DNA of 64,000 nt from assembly GCF_006345805.1 (NCBI RefSeq), contig NC_043000.1, positions 124,248,001-124,312,000 of the forward strand. The letters are read 5' to 3'. Numbering within the stretch: position 1 is the stretch's first letter; every line of letters begins with the position of its first letter. The position numbers and the translations under genes were made by a program. This document shows, piece after piece, positions 48,544-62,136 of this stretch. The notes under the pieces are model-generated. The model saw only the letters and a program-made list of their open reading frames with translations, ran no database searches and had not been told where the DNA came from. Source of the DNA: Octopus sinensis. Its lineage: Eukaryota.

Positions 48544-49204
48544 CTGTAAAAAAGACAAACAAACAACTTTTAACTTAGATATTAAATCAAGAGCAAAGAT
48601 TTATAATTCACAAGGAACATATTCAGTATATTTCGTTTTTGGATTTGTTTTGCAAGATTCTTTACATGAGTTCATGTGTTGAAGAGTGTAAATAACGGAC
48701 AGAGTCAAGACTATTGAAAAGGTTGCAAGACGCAACAAAAATTTTAGGAAAATAAAAATAAGAAAAAAGTGGAAATTTTACTGGTGAGTGTGTTACATTA
48801 TAAGGCAAAAAAGAAAATGACTCTCCCCAGACACAGCAGAATATCCAGTATAGTTTTTTTTTAATATCATCACATGGCATGTAATTTTACTTTCCAACCA
48901 TTTTCATTGCATAGAATACTTTGGGTTTATTTATTCATTTATTGATCGTTATAATGTATTGGATGAAAGTTCAAATCCAGTCGAAGTTTAGTCTACTGAA
49001 TAGGATTTATGAAAAGGATTTTTTTGCATCTCACCCCTATCGTCTGTATTAATAATGTAAAGCATAGAACAAAAGTTCAAATCTACTTTAGGTATTCTAT
49101 CTTATTGTTGGCAGAAGGGGCATATTTAGATATCTTCATTTCTCATTAATACAACTTCATCATCATCATCAACTTCTGGACAATTATATTTTAAATAAAT
49201 ATAC

Positions 49205-49525
49205 AGGCGCAGGTGTGGCTGTGTGGTAAGAAGTTTGCTTCACAGCCACATGATCCTGGGTTCAGTCCCACTGAGAAGCATCTTCAGACAACCATAGCTT
49301 TGTGAGTGGATTTGATAGACAGAAACTAAAAGAAGCCCATTGTGTGTGTGTCTTTGTCCCTTACCACTGCTTGACAACCAGTGTTGGCGTGTTTACATCC
49401 CCGTTACTTAGTGGTTCAGCAAAAGAGACCGATAGAATAAGTACCAGGCTTTAAAATATAAGTTCTGGGTTGATTCATTCAACCGAAAACACTTCAAGAT
49501 GTTGCCCCAGCATGGCAACAGTCTA
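49205..49525 (+). mobile_element. SINE family B copy; partial copies near 9620-9780(-), 10280-10450(-), 16380-16470(-), 17270-17500(-), 20255-20385(-), 21670-21860(+), 32370-32660(+), 36355-36500(-), 39720-39845(-), 41520-41830(-), 62890-63060(-)
   Basis: ggcgcaggtgtggctgtgtggtaag head and gcaaaagagaccgatagaataagtac block. Confidence 0.8.
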
Positions 49526-52500
49526 GTGAAAGATATATCAAATTTAAGTTCCACAAGACTATTTACAAATATATATATATAACTAAGCACCATTCAGATG
49601 TTATGCCACTTCCTTTGTGAAGACATAACTAATAATTCCTAATTAATAACTCCCAATTACATGCAACACTTATTTTTGAACTGTCTCACCAAATAGACTA
49701 ACTTGTTTATACAAACAGTTCACAAAGTGAAAGACATTGTTTTGCTATGAAGAAGAGAAGAAGCCTAATATTTTGAGCAAACATTTTCATTAGAGATGAA
49801 TTATTTTCTATCAATAAGCATTCTCACTCTCCCTCTAATAAAAGGTCCTACCAAGAAACGTTAGATGACTTCTTTTCTTCACAGCAAAATGATTTTACTA
49901 ATTAATTTAACATTTTTATAATGGATTATGTATTGTTTGTGGACATTAGACAACACTTTCATATATGTTGATTTTTATGCTCAAGGTCTTTTGTTAAAAA
50001 ACAATATTGGCAATGATAATGTCAGGAAGAAGATAGTTTTGGATAACATGGCTTTTGGTTTCAAGAGTGGGAGGGTGGGAAGGCGAGTCAATATCTAACA
50101 TTATTTGCTCTTTGCACTTTAGTTTTCAATATTTTTACTAATCAATTGCTGTTTGTAAAATTACTTCTACACTTATTTCCATATTCATGCAGGTGTTGAA
50201 ATTCTAAGAATTGCTTACTGTTTCAGTTTTAATTCAGAAATTCTAGTCCTGGGATATATCATCCATGCACTTGATTTTAAAAAAAACCCAATAAAGTACA
50301 TGTCCTTGCCTCACTCCATTCACCACTGACACTTCAAACATATATAAGGATCATAAAAATATCTAGCAACTGATTTTGCACACCAAATTTTCCATTTAAA
50401 TCAGTTGAGGTATCCTCTTCCTTTCAAACTTCACATGAAAGTTTAGTCCAAAAGGGGTTCAACTTTATATCTAACGCATTGCAGACTGATGAGACTCTTT
50501 AGATATTTCTTTACTTTGAGGAAGAGGAAAAATATGACAATTTAGGCAGGACCTTTCCTCAAATTTAGATAACTATTTTATTAAGCATTACCATTGACTA
50601 ACAAGAGTAAAAGATTACAGACAAATGTATTCATGTAAAGGCATTGCTTAATTATTTTGGTAATGACTTTAGGACAAATATTCTTTTGTTTTCTAATATC
50701 TATTTGCTTCTTTTATTTTTCCATATTTGTTCTATGATTATAAACATCATGAAGTATGCAGACTTGGGAGAATCAACAGCAGAGGTGAAGTTTATAGATG
50801 TAAAGGCAAAACCAAATGGAGCTCTGGACACATGCCATTATTATACAGTCAACTTACTCAGTAGGACAGGAAGACAAAGAACTTAAAACTACAACATTGA
50901 ACAAATCAGTATGATGGAACCCCAGAGAAAAGCAATCAGATAGGTGACAGAAAACAAGGACACCTGTTTGTTGTTTTAATCTGGTGTCAGATCTGTGATC
51001 AAAATCATTCTACTTAACCAGGCACAATGCACCTAAGACTGCGTCATTCAAGACGTCCTCTTCTCACAACATACTAAAATATTATTTGAAGTAGATTTGA
51101 TTGCTATGTCTAGCATTTTGAGCAACCACATAGAGGCTCCTTTGTTGGTTTATGAAATGGCATGCTTAACAGAGCAATCACATTAAAAAAAAAATAAAAG
51201 AGATAGATGGTGAATGTGGAAACATAAATGTTCTACATGTTACTAATAGCCCATATTGAATAAATCTATAAAAATATTTTCTCAGAGGATGTAGAGCCCA
51301 TAACGTGATAAAAAGGTTTTGTAAAATATTTATAGTTAATGTTTTATTGGATCAAATTAGTAACTGAGAAAAACAGAAAAACTGGACGGAGGAATTTAAA
51401 AGCAGCACAAAATGCATGCACGCGTGTGTCCGTCAATGTGTATTAGTGTGCTTTGTGTTTGGCCCTGAAAGAGACAGTGTGGATTCAGCATGCCAAAGAA
51501 AGATGAGAAATATATGGCTTTGGTAACAAAAGAAGGACAAATGCGATAGCAAGTAATGTTGAATGAATAATGTATAAAGCAGCAGGATTAAATGACTAAA
51601 TGTCTGAAGACAGGAAGGAAAATGAACAATATGATGGGCCAAAGAGCAGATAGAGGTTGTCTACGAGGAAGGATTCTTTAATAAAAGAGATAGATTTTTC
51701 TTGATTGCTAGAAGCCAGTATAGACATAATTTCATACAAAATTATTAAAATCTACAGACAAACAGATAACTGATATTAATTAAGAACAGAATTAAATGAG
51801 AGTGCTAGAAATGTGTTATAAATTATTTATTTTTATGCATTATTGTAGGATATTTATAAGCAACAGAACAGGGAGAATTAAAATTAAAAGCTACCAGTTC
51901 TTCAAACTAGATTTTTAATAAGTCTTAAACAAATCAGTATGATCTATACCCCAATAAATTGATTAATTTAAATAAATCTTAATATGAGAGTTTAATTGTT
52001 TTTAATTATAAAGACAAGAGTATTTTTAATCAATTAGTCACAAAATAGTGAATCTTTTCAAATACTGCCATAATTTCAGAGTAAAAATCTGAGAGCAGAT
52101 AAAAGTTTTAAAAGGACCCAGTTTATGGAGAATTGATTTTCATTTATGAATTTATTAGAACATTTTAAAAATATAATTCCTATCTACTTAAGTCAAATAT
52201 AACCAGTGAATTCAGGTAACTAATTTGGAATTTTAAGATAGTCTACATAAGAAATTGTAAGAGAAATAAACCACAGAAGTGAAATGAAGTAGCCGTGATT
52301 TGGTTAAACTACTCTCCTTTGAGCCCAGTACTTCATTTGTTTATCAAAAAAAAAAAGCAAGATAAAATAACATGTCTACAATAATCTTGCAAATAAATAA
52401 AATGAAAAAAAACCCACTTCTCACTGACTACAATTGTCAAGAGATCAAATGGTTAAAGAATGTTTGTCTGTCTGTCGGGTAATCTCCCTCCCTCTGTCTC

Positions 52501-53859
52501 TCTTACACACACACACACACAATAGTCCACAGACAGATTATAAACAATTACTACAATCATTAGGGAAAAGAAGTAGCCAATGGTTAGCTAAGAGGTAACA
52601 TTTAAGAGCTATCTGTCAGCTAGTTAAGATTCCTTTAGAAAGAGCATTCCAATCATAGTTAAAATATCAGATTAGATAAGCTACACAGATGAAAGAAAGG
52701 GAGGAGAAGAAAAAAAAGCAAAACTCCAAGGACAAACTTCGATTTTGTGGAACAAAACAACTGACTGTTACTCAGCATTCAACAAATACTTTCAAGGAAA
52801 TAAATATATGGAGCGAGAGCGGGTGATTTTTAATGCCAACATAATACTTTTTATGAGTCAACATAGTATTATGTCCTTTGTTTGTGAGAATATGTCAAGA
52901 CAAATATTTGTACCAAGCAGTAAAAAATTCAAGATCCCACATGTTGTTAGGTCACACGATAGGTCATAGTGAACTGCTTATTAGAGACTTGAATATTTTG
53001 TGGGCGAGGTCGTTGTAAATTACTAATTCAAATTTAGAACATGTTCTTTTTTAAATTGTATTATCAACCAATTCAATTATCTTAAATTGTGATTTAATAT
53101 TTCCTTCAAATTAAAAAAGAAAAATAAACCACCTAAGTATACTTCCTTTTTTTCCTTTTTTTTTTTGTTTCATAAATAAGTGAACTATCAAAAGAAAATG
53201 TGCATATAACTAGGGAACCAATCCTATGCAGACAGAACAATACACGTAATATGAATAGAGTTAATGTGTTCATATGTTTGCTCAAAGTTGTCCAATGCTA
53301 TCCAATAACCAAAATACTTAACATTTTCTATCTTATAGCACTAGTCCTTTAAGAAAGAAAAAGTAGAGCATTTTGGTTATTGAGTAGCATTGAATAACTT
53401 TGAGCAAACATGTGATAAGAAAGTAACCAATCAAACATTCGGTGGTGATCCACAGATTCAACATTGAGCAATGAGAGAGCTTCTTAATGTGGTATACGAT
53501 GTCTAAGAGACAGGAAAGGAGAAAGAGAGAAAGAAGGAATGAGTTTAACTTGAAATAGAGAGCACAATACTTTATAGGGTAAGTGGTGTTGCAATTTCAA
53601 AACAAAGAGGGATGATATTGTTTAATCTGATTTTGGACCACCCTACACATTCTGTTACATCGAAAATTTGGTTGCATTATAATACTCAGGTAAAAATATA
53701 TGCATTATATTTCCTGTCCATTCTGATTTTTTTTTTCTATGTCTAGAGATTTACAGGATCATTTAAAAGCAAGTTAAAAAAGACAGTTGTGGTTCTCTGG
53801 TATTTATTATAAGTTGCAAATGAAACTAGAATTCAGAACTAGAAAAGAAATTTAATTTG

Positions 53860-54350
53860 TGGTTATTTTAGTGTGCACAAGTGTTTATATTTGTCTTGTT
53901 CTGTCGAAGAAAATGCATTTTGGAACAGTGTTCATGAGTGTATTAGAGATTGTAATTTAACGTGTAGCGTGATTTATAATAGACTTTTGCTTGGACTTGC
54001 ACATGTAGTGTATCTTGATGGTCTTTGTTTTTCAAGGAATTTTGTTTTGCTGTGTGAAGTTGTTATGATAGTGCAGACTGTTATTATAAAGAGTATATTG
54101 TTTGTATTTTGTTATGATTTGGGGCAGATAGATTGGAAGCTTAGACAAGGCTGGCACCTTTATAAAGGACCTGATGTATTGTTTGTAGATTAGTGTCATG
54201 TTTTCCTTATTTTAGCAGAATGTTATGCAAGTGAGTGCTTGTAATCTATATAATCTTGTTTTTGTTTTGGTCTTTTATATGTTGTGTGAATGATGACATT
54301 AAGGCTTTGTATTTTGTAGCAAAGAATTTTAGTCCTTTGTGTGAGAAATA
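53860..54350 (-). mobile_element. I/Jockey-group LINE post-RT fragment
   Basis: LIYKQYIRS followed by a degenerate QN.ALRIITGC-like stretch; strongly A/C-rich strand. Confidence 0.45.
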
Positions 54351-54864
54351 ATGACTGCTAAATTTGATGTGATACAAAATTATATTCTCAAGTTAGGTAA
54401 CTGAAAAAAAAATCTTATTTTGCTATGTTAAAAGAAAAAAAAACTCATAATTTTTTTGTTTGTTTCAGAAACATACTTGAGTTGCCTATTTAATAGCTAT
54501 AAACAGGTCACTTCTGGACAGAAAATATTTATAAATATGGCTGGATTAAAAGAGAACGTTTGACACGAATAAGGAGGGGTTATTTAGCTTTGGCATGTAT
54601 GAATAAATGTATTTACATAAATTCTATATTGTCCTGCATTTAACCTAGCAACAACTATGCCAAGGAAACATGAAAAACAAAATTATGGATAAAATTAACA
54701 ACAAAATGGACACTAATTAAAATTAAGAGGTCTTATAACAAAAGAGTAAATGGAGGGACAACCTACACCGATTCAAAGATGGCCTCACATCTTTTAGGAT
54801 TGTGAAACTTAGAGAAATATGAGAAACACCTACATCCTGCAATGGACAGCTCAAGGCTAACGCT

Positions 54865-54955
54865 ATTGATGATGATGATGATGATGGTGGTGGTGATGAG
54901 TGATAGTGATGGTGATGATGGCTGTGATGACAACGATGATGATGATGAAGACAAT
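54865..54955. repeat. Degenerate (GAT/GGT/GAC)n microsatellite; similar (CAT)n-(TAT)n at 57870-57913
   Basis: Directly visible. Confidence 0.9.
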
Positions 54956-55855
54956 GAAAGAATCTATTATTTACTGTCAATGTTGTGTACAAATGATTTA
55001 TCTTATTTTTAGTTTGATAAAATAAAATGAAAGTTTAAATACTGATATTCTAAGTGCAGTTCCATCCAATTATGCAAAACCTTGATTTTAGAATAGCATA
55101 TATTGAGTTACTGCTTCCCCAAGAACTGGTTAGGTTTGAAATACAATATTGGAACATGTAAACAACAGGAGTGGTTTTCATGTGTAAATCAACACAAACA
55201 TAAAGTACTAATATGGCAATTAATTCTAAACATTGAAGTGTTAAACTGAGAAAACAAAGCTAACCGAAATGACCAATCACAATCCATTAGCGACTGTATC
55301 TTATAATTTAAGCTATAACTCAAGATATCTAGCGTGATGACTCATTTATAATAATCTTCTTCCTCTGCAAAAATACTACCCAAAGATATTTACATTTAGC
55401 ATCAACTAGAAGTACGTTCAACCTGTGCATTCAGATTAAATGCTATTGCTTGCTGAAATAATCCTTTCTAATGCCGAAAGCAGTTCAATAACAAATTCGA
55501 ACAGTAGAAAGTTATAAACAAAGTTTCATATAATAAGAATATAGTTTCAGTATTTTTAAACAGGAAGTAAAAGAATTCAAATCTGAAAGGAATTTGCTGC
55601 AATTTAACCCCCCCCCTCCACCAGCACACAATATCTAACTTATTTTTGTTTCTCATTTTAAATCTATTTATCTATGGCACTATAGATATATATAAATCTG
55701 AAAAATTCAGAAATTTGCTTATGTCCCAAAAACAATTTATTTTTATTCTTATGAATGAATACCCTTGTTAATATAAAAACACTCATATTTTCCTAATTTA
55801 GTATACTGAAGCAAGGGAAGTACTTTGGATGAAGACACATCAAAGTGTGTACAGC

Positions 55856-55928
55856 AAAATATTAAACTTTAGGTCTGTCTATGAGTTGGAGCGTACAACT
55901 CATAGGCAGACCTAAAGTTTAATACTTT
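55856..55928. repeat. 33-bp inverted repeat (2 mismatches, 7-nt loop)
   Basis: Pairs checked base by base (position sum 111784); mismatches only at 55878/55906 and 55859/55925. Confidence 0.95.
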
Positions 55929-56679
55929 AATCCCTAAGCTACAATGCTTTTTATATCTTGGAATAGTATTACCAACTCAAAGTAAAATATCAGTTTTCAG
56001 CAGAATATTTTTATGAAATGAAGAAAATATAGGATGAAGCAGTCTTGTTTTCATCATACATTTTCCCAAGCCATCATAGATTAAAGCTGTTCAACGATAT
56101 GTAGTGCACTACTCAAATACAAGTGCCAACTTTCAAAAACTGTTGGCCTTTGTCGCCATCGTCGTTGCTGTTTGGTCCCAAGTCAGCACTTATCGAGAAG
56201 ACAAATTACCAAAGATATTCCAGCTATGACTATCCCAACATTTAAAAGGAATAATATACCTTAGGTTACATTATCCAGTATGCCCTTTTAAGATGATAGG
56301 TTGTGTTTTGAGGGAGGCCTGGCTGCTATTTCTAGCAGGTCAGATCATCATGTGAGGTTCTCAATAAAGTTAACACTTCTTTTTTTTGCTATGCACATAA
56401 AAATACAAAATAGACTGCTAGAATTTCCTTTCTTCTCTTACAAATTACTTGACACAATATTAAACCTGCATAATTGTAGCTTTAAATCAGTTTGTAATAT
56501 TTTTTTTTATAATGTATTCAGAATATTTTTTATCCTAAATTATTTAAATGCCATGTCATAACATGACAAACCATCCAACAGAATAAATTCTATCACATTC
56601 TTCAATAATAGCAATTTCTTCTTGCAAACAACCAAATAATTTATGTAGCAATAGCTAATTATCCCTGAGCGCAATGACT

Positions 56680-57225
56680 TCATCTCTGACCCAGTCGGTT
56701 GTATCCATCCTCTTACCCTTGCTTCTTTCTTGAGAAATACATGGTCTACAAAATTGCCATAACTCCTGCAAGACTACCAACTGGAAAGCAGCATATGCAT
56801 TGGGCACTGCACAACCTGCAAAGTACCCCTCCTCTCTAAATGATGGTTCTTTTGGTTTTCAGCAAGAGAATCTCCCTTCCTAAAGAATTCTCCTACTCAC
56901 CACTCTGCAAACCAAGAATCCACTGTAGATGGTTACTCTCAAGGAAAAAGCTTCCTCATTTGCTACTTCTTTGCTTGTAACACCGGCATTAGCCACGACT
57001 GTGATTTCTCTTGGCTAAAAAATTGCATAGAAGAGTGTGGGAGACATAACCAGATTGGATAATATCCATCAGAACATGCTGCAATGAGGAGATGCTTCCA
57101 ATCCAAGAGATGAAAGCCAGCTTGAGCCCATAGATTCTCATACAGGCCAGACATAGTCTAAGGTTTGTTGATTTCAAGTGCAACAAGAAGGGACAGAACA
57201 AATTCCTTGTAGATCTAGCTCTATA
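56680..57225 (-). mobile_element. Old CR1/L2-group LINE RT fragment
   Basis: LVALEINKP-LDYVW and YGL...ISWI...SGYVSHTLLCNF resemble LDISKAFDRVW and QGSVLSPTLF. Confidence 0.5.
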
Positions 57226-57348
57226 AAGAAATCACACTGGTATTTACTGTAGAGGGAGAGAGTGAGATTCACTGAGTTAAAAGGGATGATTGTTTTCATT
57301 ACTTTTGAGTTGTTGGAAGGGATAGTAATAGTTGGCAGGATTAGAAGA

Positions 57349-57578
57349 GGCGGCGAGCTGGCAGAAATGTTAGCACGATGGGTGAAATGCTTAGCGGTAT
57401 TTCATCTGCTGCTTCATTCTGAGTTCAAATTCCGCCGAGGTCGACTTTGCCTTTCATCCTTTCAGGGTCGATTAAATAAGTACCAGTTACGCACTGGGGT
57501 TGATGTAATCGACTTAATCCCTTTGTCTGTCCTTGTTTGTCCCCTGTGTGTAGCCCCTTGTGGGCAGTAAAGAAATAA
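57349..57578 (+). mobile_element. SINE family A, full length, with ~10-bp TSD
   Basis: Same consensus; aggattagaa on both sides. Confidence 0.9.
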
Positions 57579-60500
57579 GGATTAGAAAACTAGGTGCACC
57601 TAACACACCCATCCTTCCTCTTCTCTTCATCCTAACTGAGTCTCTCTCTTCTCTAGCTCTGCTCTAACCATGACACTCAGTTTTTCTTCCTCAGAGTATC
57701 AACTCCCAGAGTATAAATCATTTGCCTTTCCACATCAATGTACAAATCTTTAGAGCCTATGAATGTCATGGACACTCCCTCTGGTTATGGCATAAACAAA
57801 AGAATGTTTACAGATGTAATTAAGAGCAAAACCATTATAAAACATTTCAAATTTTGTAACACAGGCAAACTATCATTATCATCATCATCATTATTATTAT
57901 TATTATTATTATTGTGTAGAATTGGATATATAAATATGTGAGAAAATGTACTCAATACATGTAGCAGAGTTCATTCATTCAGAGCAGATGATTTACTTTC
58001 TCATCAGCCCAGGTTTCTCAGTTTCTATCACATTCCTAAAGGGTGTGATAAAAACAGGAAACCCAGGGCAGAAAGAGTGAAACTTTAGCTCTGGATGAAT
58101 GAATAATGTTATGTGTGTGTGTGTGTTACAAATTCATGAATAACATTTGAGTTGTTGAAAGTGAGAGAGATAGCATGTTTTATCTACCATATATATTAAA
58201 AAATTAGTCACACGCATATATACACACACAAGAGAGAAAGAGGAAAAGGGTTGTTGCAGTTTGTGACTATTCCAATATGTTGTTGTTATTGTGTACGTTG
58301 TTTGTTATTCCTTTGAAATGATTGACAATATAGAACCAACAGGATGGGCAGAGAACAATTTCAGAAATGTTAAGGTCAACAATAAGGTTTTCCCATATTC
58401 ACTTTAAAAAAAGATTGCTACCAACTACTACCATTACCTGCAGTTAGACTACATTTTTGTTCTCCAACAGACGATGTTGAAATAAATTTCAGATTCATAT
58501 TTAAAACAGTTTTACAGTAGAATTTTTTCTATTTTTGCACTTTTTTTAACATTTGTTTTGTGATTGATACAACTATTCTTGAACCAATTTTCTGCACATC
58601 AATGGTGTCTTCAATCATAGAAAAGTGATTCTTGTGGCATAGTCAGGAAGATAACAAACATAACTGCAGTTTGTTATCATTTGAACAGTTGTCTTGAGGT
58701 GGATAAACTAACTTTAAGGAAAATTACTCCCTCGAAGGGAAAAATATCATTCACTGAAGCTGAAAGGAAGAACACAAGCAGAAGATTACTGAGGTTAGGG
58801 ATGAGAAGACTTGGAATAAATAAAAAAAACAAAAACAAACAAAAACAGTGAATAACCATAAGAAGATAGGAAATACTTGTCAAAGACAGAAGGAAAGGCG
58901 CAAGCCTAGACAAATAATGGTTGATATAAGCTCAGTGAATAACTGAAATGTGGAAGACAAATATACACTATAGTGATACAATCAGTGTGGTTGAGTTAAC
59001 CATTAAAAAAATACATTGGTAGAAAAAAATAACAAAAAAATATTGAATGCAAAAGGAAAGTACTTTTGGATTTTTGTCACCAAGACTTTACAATCACTCA
59101 ACCACAAACTGCTTTTATTATATAAAAGATGTCTATTTTAGTTTATATGATAAACTGTGCTTAATATTACACGTTAAAAAATCTTGTGAACGTATTTAAT
59201 TCACAATATATATGAAGAATATCAGAAGATACCTTTAGAGCATGATACAATATGAACAGAATATTGATGATTATTAATGGTATCTAAATAGATTCAGATT
59301 AGCTGCACAGTTGGTCATACTACGTGAAGAGAGGAAGTTAGCCAACAATACTAATTGCTTTAAAATTATAGAATGATCCAATATGAAACTGGCTTGGTTC
59401 TATTTAAATCTAAATAATATCATATCCAACAATTTATTCTCCACCACTTTCAGATCAACTAATGAAAACAAATCTTTAAAAGTTCACAATAAAAAGACCA
59501 GACAGACAGAAGCCATTTAAAATATTATTCCAACTATTACCGAAACTTGGCAAAAGAGACTGGATACATATAGAAATCAATACAAATTTTCTAATACATT
59601 TTCTGATATATTCCAATTGACTGATTAATAATAAATTTAGATAAAGTTGGAAATGTTATCACAAATCAAATATTTCATATAACTTACTTTTCTAACTATG
59701 CTTAACCTAAAAACAAGATAAACTTTAGTCCTCTAGTTTTGATCAAAATAAATTTAAGGTCAACTTTATCATACACACTTTTTCTATGCTAGCACAGAAC
59801 AACTAACCCTTGAGAACTGTCTTCTTTAGAAACAGCCAAAGGAGACAGAAGACAGTTCTAAAAAGTTATCCACTCTCTTTCTGAACCAATTAATGAAAAT
59901 CAATCAGCACTGTATCCATCTGAGTACTTTCTGGTTACCATTTACTGCCAACCATAGCAACAAAAATCAACCAATTTGTATATGTGAGTATTCTGAAATC
60001 TCTTGAAATTGGACTGCTAGGATTTCAAGAAACAGAATGAAGAGAGAACAATGATAGCCCTAACCTTGTATAACCTAATTACTTCATATTACAGTAGACC
60101 ATACTTGTACAAATCCCTTGTTTAGCCAACCAAATTGAAAATGTACTTTGCTTGTCAATTTATTTATCTATTTGTTTATTTATCTTATTATCAAGACCTA
60201 TCGCAGTGAAGTATGTCAATATTCTCCCAAGGTTGATTCAAAAGATGTCAAACTGTAAACAAAATCTTAGAGTCCTCTCCAAGTTTTTCACAGAGTTTGG
60301 CTGAACTGAATACCAACAATATGCTGGTGTGGTCCTCCACCCCACCCCCACTCTCACCAGTAGTCACAGACTGAATGTTTGGCTGAGTAAAGGATACAAG
60401 GGGTGTTTAAGTCTGCTCTTCACTTTCATAGGTACTTATTACAATTAACAAAAGCATGATACAAGCTACCAGGTCATGCTCACTGCAAATGTGTGTCCGT

Positions 60501-61952
60501 GTCCACCCTGTCTTGACATCATGTGAATGCATTGTAAATGAATTACATTCAATTCCAATAGTTTGTAAAAACATGTTTGGGCATGGGGCAATATTACCTT
60601 GCTTGGAAACAAGTAAGGGCTGGTAAAAGGAAAGGCATCCATCTGTAAAAAATCTGCCTCAATAAATCTGACCCATGCAAGCATGGAGAAGTGAAAGTTA
60701 AAATAATGAATGCTAATGATATATATATGGTGTACTCAATACAGAATAACAGTCATTTGATACTAAAATGTATTGAGAAAAAAAAATGTAAAGACAGATT
60801 TCATTTCTTTCAAGCTACCAAGCAAGTTTCTAGATAACTAAGTTTGTGCAATGTAATATAGTAAATATAACAGAAGCCAACAAATCACTAACACAACAAT
60901 AAACAAAAAAAGTAACCACAAAAAAGCCTAATTGATAGGCTACACACACCTATTGATCCTTTATATAAGAATACTAAAATTGGAAGAGACTTGTGAGGAG
61001 CACAGAATATGATTTACCTGCTTCGTTTCACTTATCCCTCACAACTAAAGTCAATGTTTGATTATTGACAAACATATGCACCACTCCAGAATGATACACC
61101 ATTTATAAAACTATCTTTTCCACAAATAAACACAAAACACACTGCCAGATACATGTAAACACAAAATACACATGCCAAAATAACTGCAATATTGGTTACT
61201 CAACTATACTGAAATCCCATGCTGGGTCACTTTCCAGCCTCCCTCAGTGGTTTTCAAAATCATCATCTTTATTATCTAATATCTGTTTTCCATACTGGCA
61301 TGGGTTCGACAGTTTGACAGGAGCTGGCAAGTCAGAGAGCTGTACCAGACTCTAGTTGTCTGTTTTGGCATGGTTTCTATTGCTGGATGCCCTTCTTAAA
61401 ACCAAGCACTTTACAGAGTGTACTGGGTGGTTTTTACATGACACCGGTAGGGTGATCTTTACGTGGATCCAGCACAGGTGCTCTTTACATAGCACCAGCA
61501 CAAGTGCTGTCTTATGTGGCACCAACATGGATGCTTCTTTACATGGTGCTGGCACAGGTGCTTTCCTAAATGGTGCTAGGTGCCTTTTTACATGGTGCTG
61601 ACATAGGTGCCTTCTTACATGGCATTGGCACATAAAACAATTTAGAAGTTAAACTTACACACACTAACAATATCTATACTTTGTCTCCTCTGAAACTACC
61701 ACCAGATACAGGAACAGTGAAATTGTTACTCTAAATGGCACACTGCTAACTCAAAGCCCACGAAAAGCCATAGGTTATCTGGGGAACAAAATTTATGAAA
61801 TAAACTAGAGAATTTATTGGTTACATCTAGGCTATAGAGATCACAAAACAAGGACTAACGTAACTAGATTCTTCCCCATTGTTATGTTAGATGTTATTAT
61901 ATACACCTATTACAGAAGCTACCTCCACTCATATCTGGAACCAAGTAAATTA

Positions 61953-62136
61953 CAATATTTACTTGGTGTATTAGTTGCACTATTTTATACTTGATTTTAA
62001 CTGAAGAAACTGGTGTAGAGCTTATACACAAGGCAAAGCTAAAACTACGAGGGAAAAAAATGTTTGCATTAAGATTTAACACTAAATCAAGGGTGTGACG
62101 TATATACGAGTGCAACTTATACACAAGTAAATATAG
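61953..62136. mobile_element. Tigger/pogo-like MITE, 184 bp
   Basis: TA flanks; ~28-bp TIRs ATATTTACTTG(G)TGTATWAGTTGCACT. Confidence 0.7.

Noticed and set aside
58438-58498. Minus-strand ATG...CAG|GTAATG mini-exon (MNLKFISTSSVGEQKCSLTA) as SOS exon 1
   Set aside because: Ends in phase 1 whereas the next exon needs phase 0; no similarity to the SOS N-terminus.
61440-61635. Regularly spaced repeats suggestive of a CRISPR-like array (also 17740-17875)
   Set aside because: Units are degenerate tandem copies without unique spacers, inside a eukaryotic retroposon; no cas genes.
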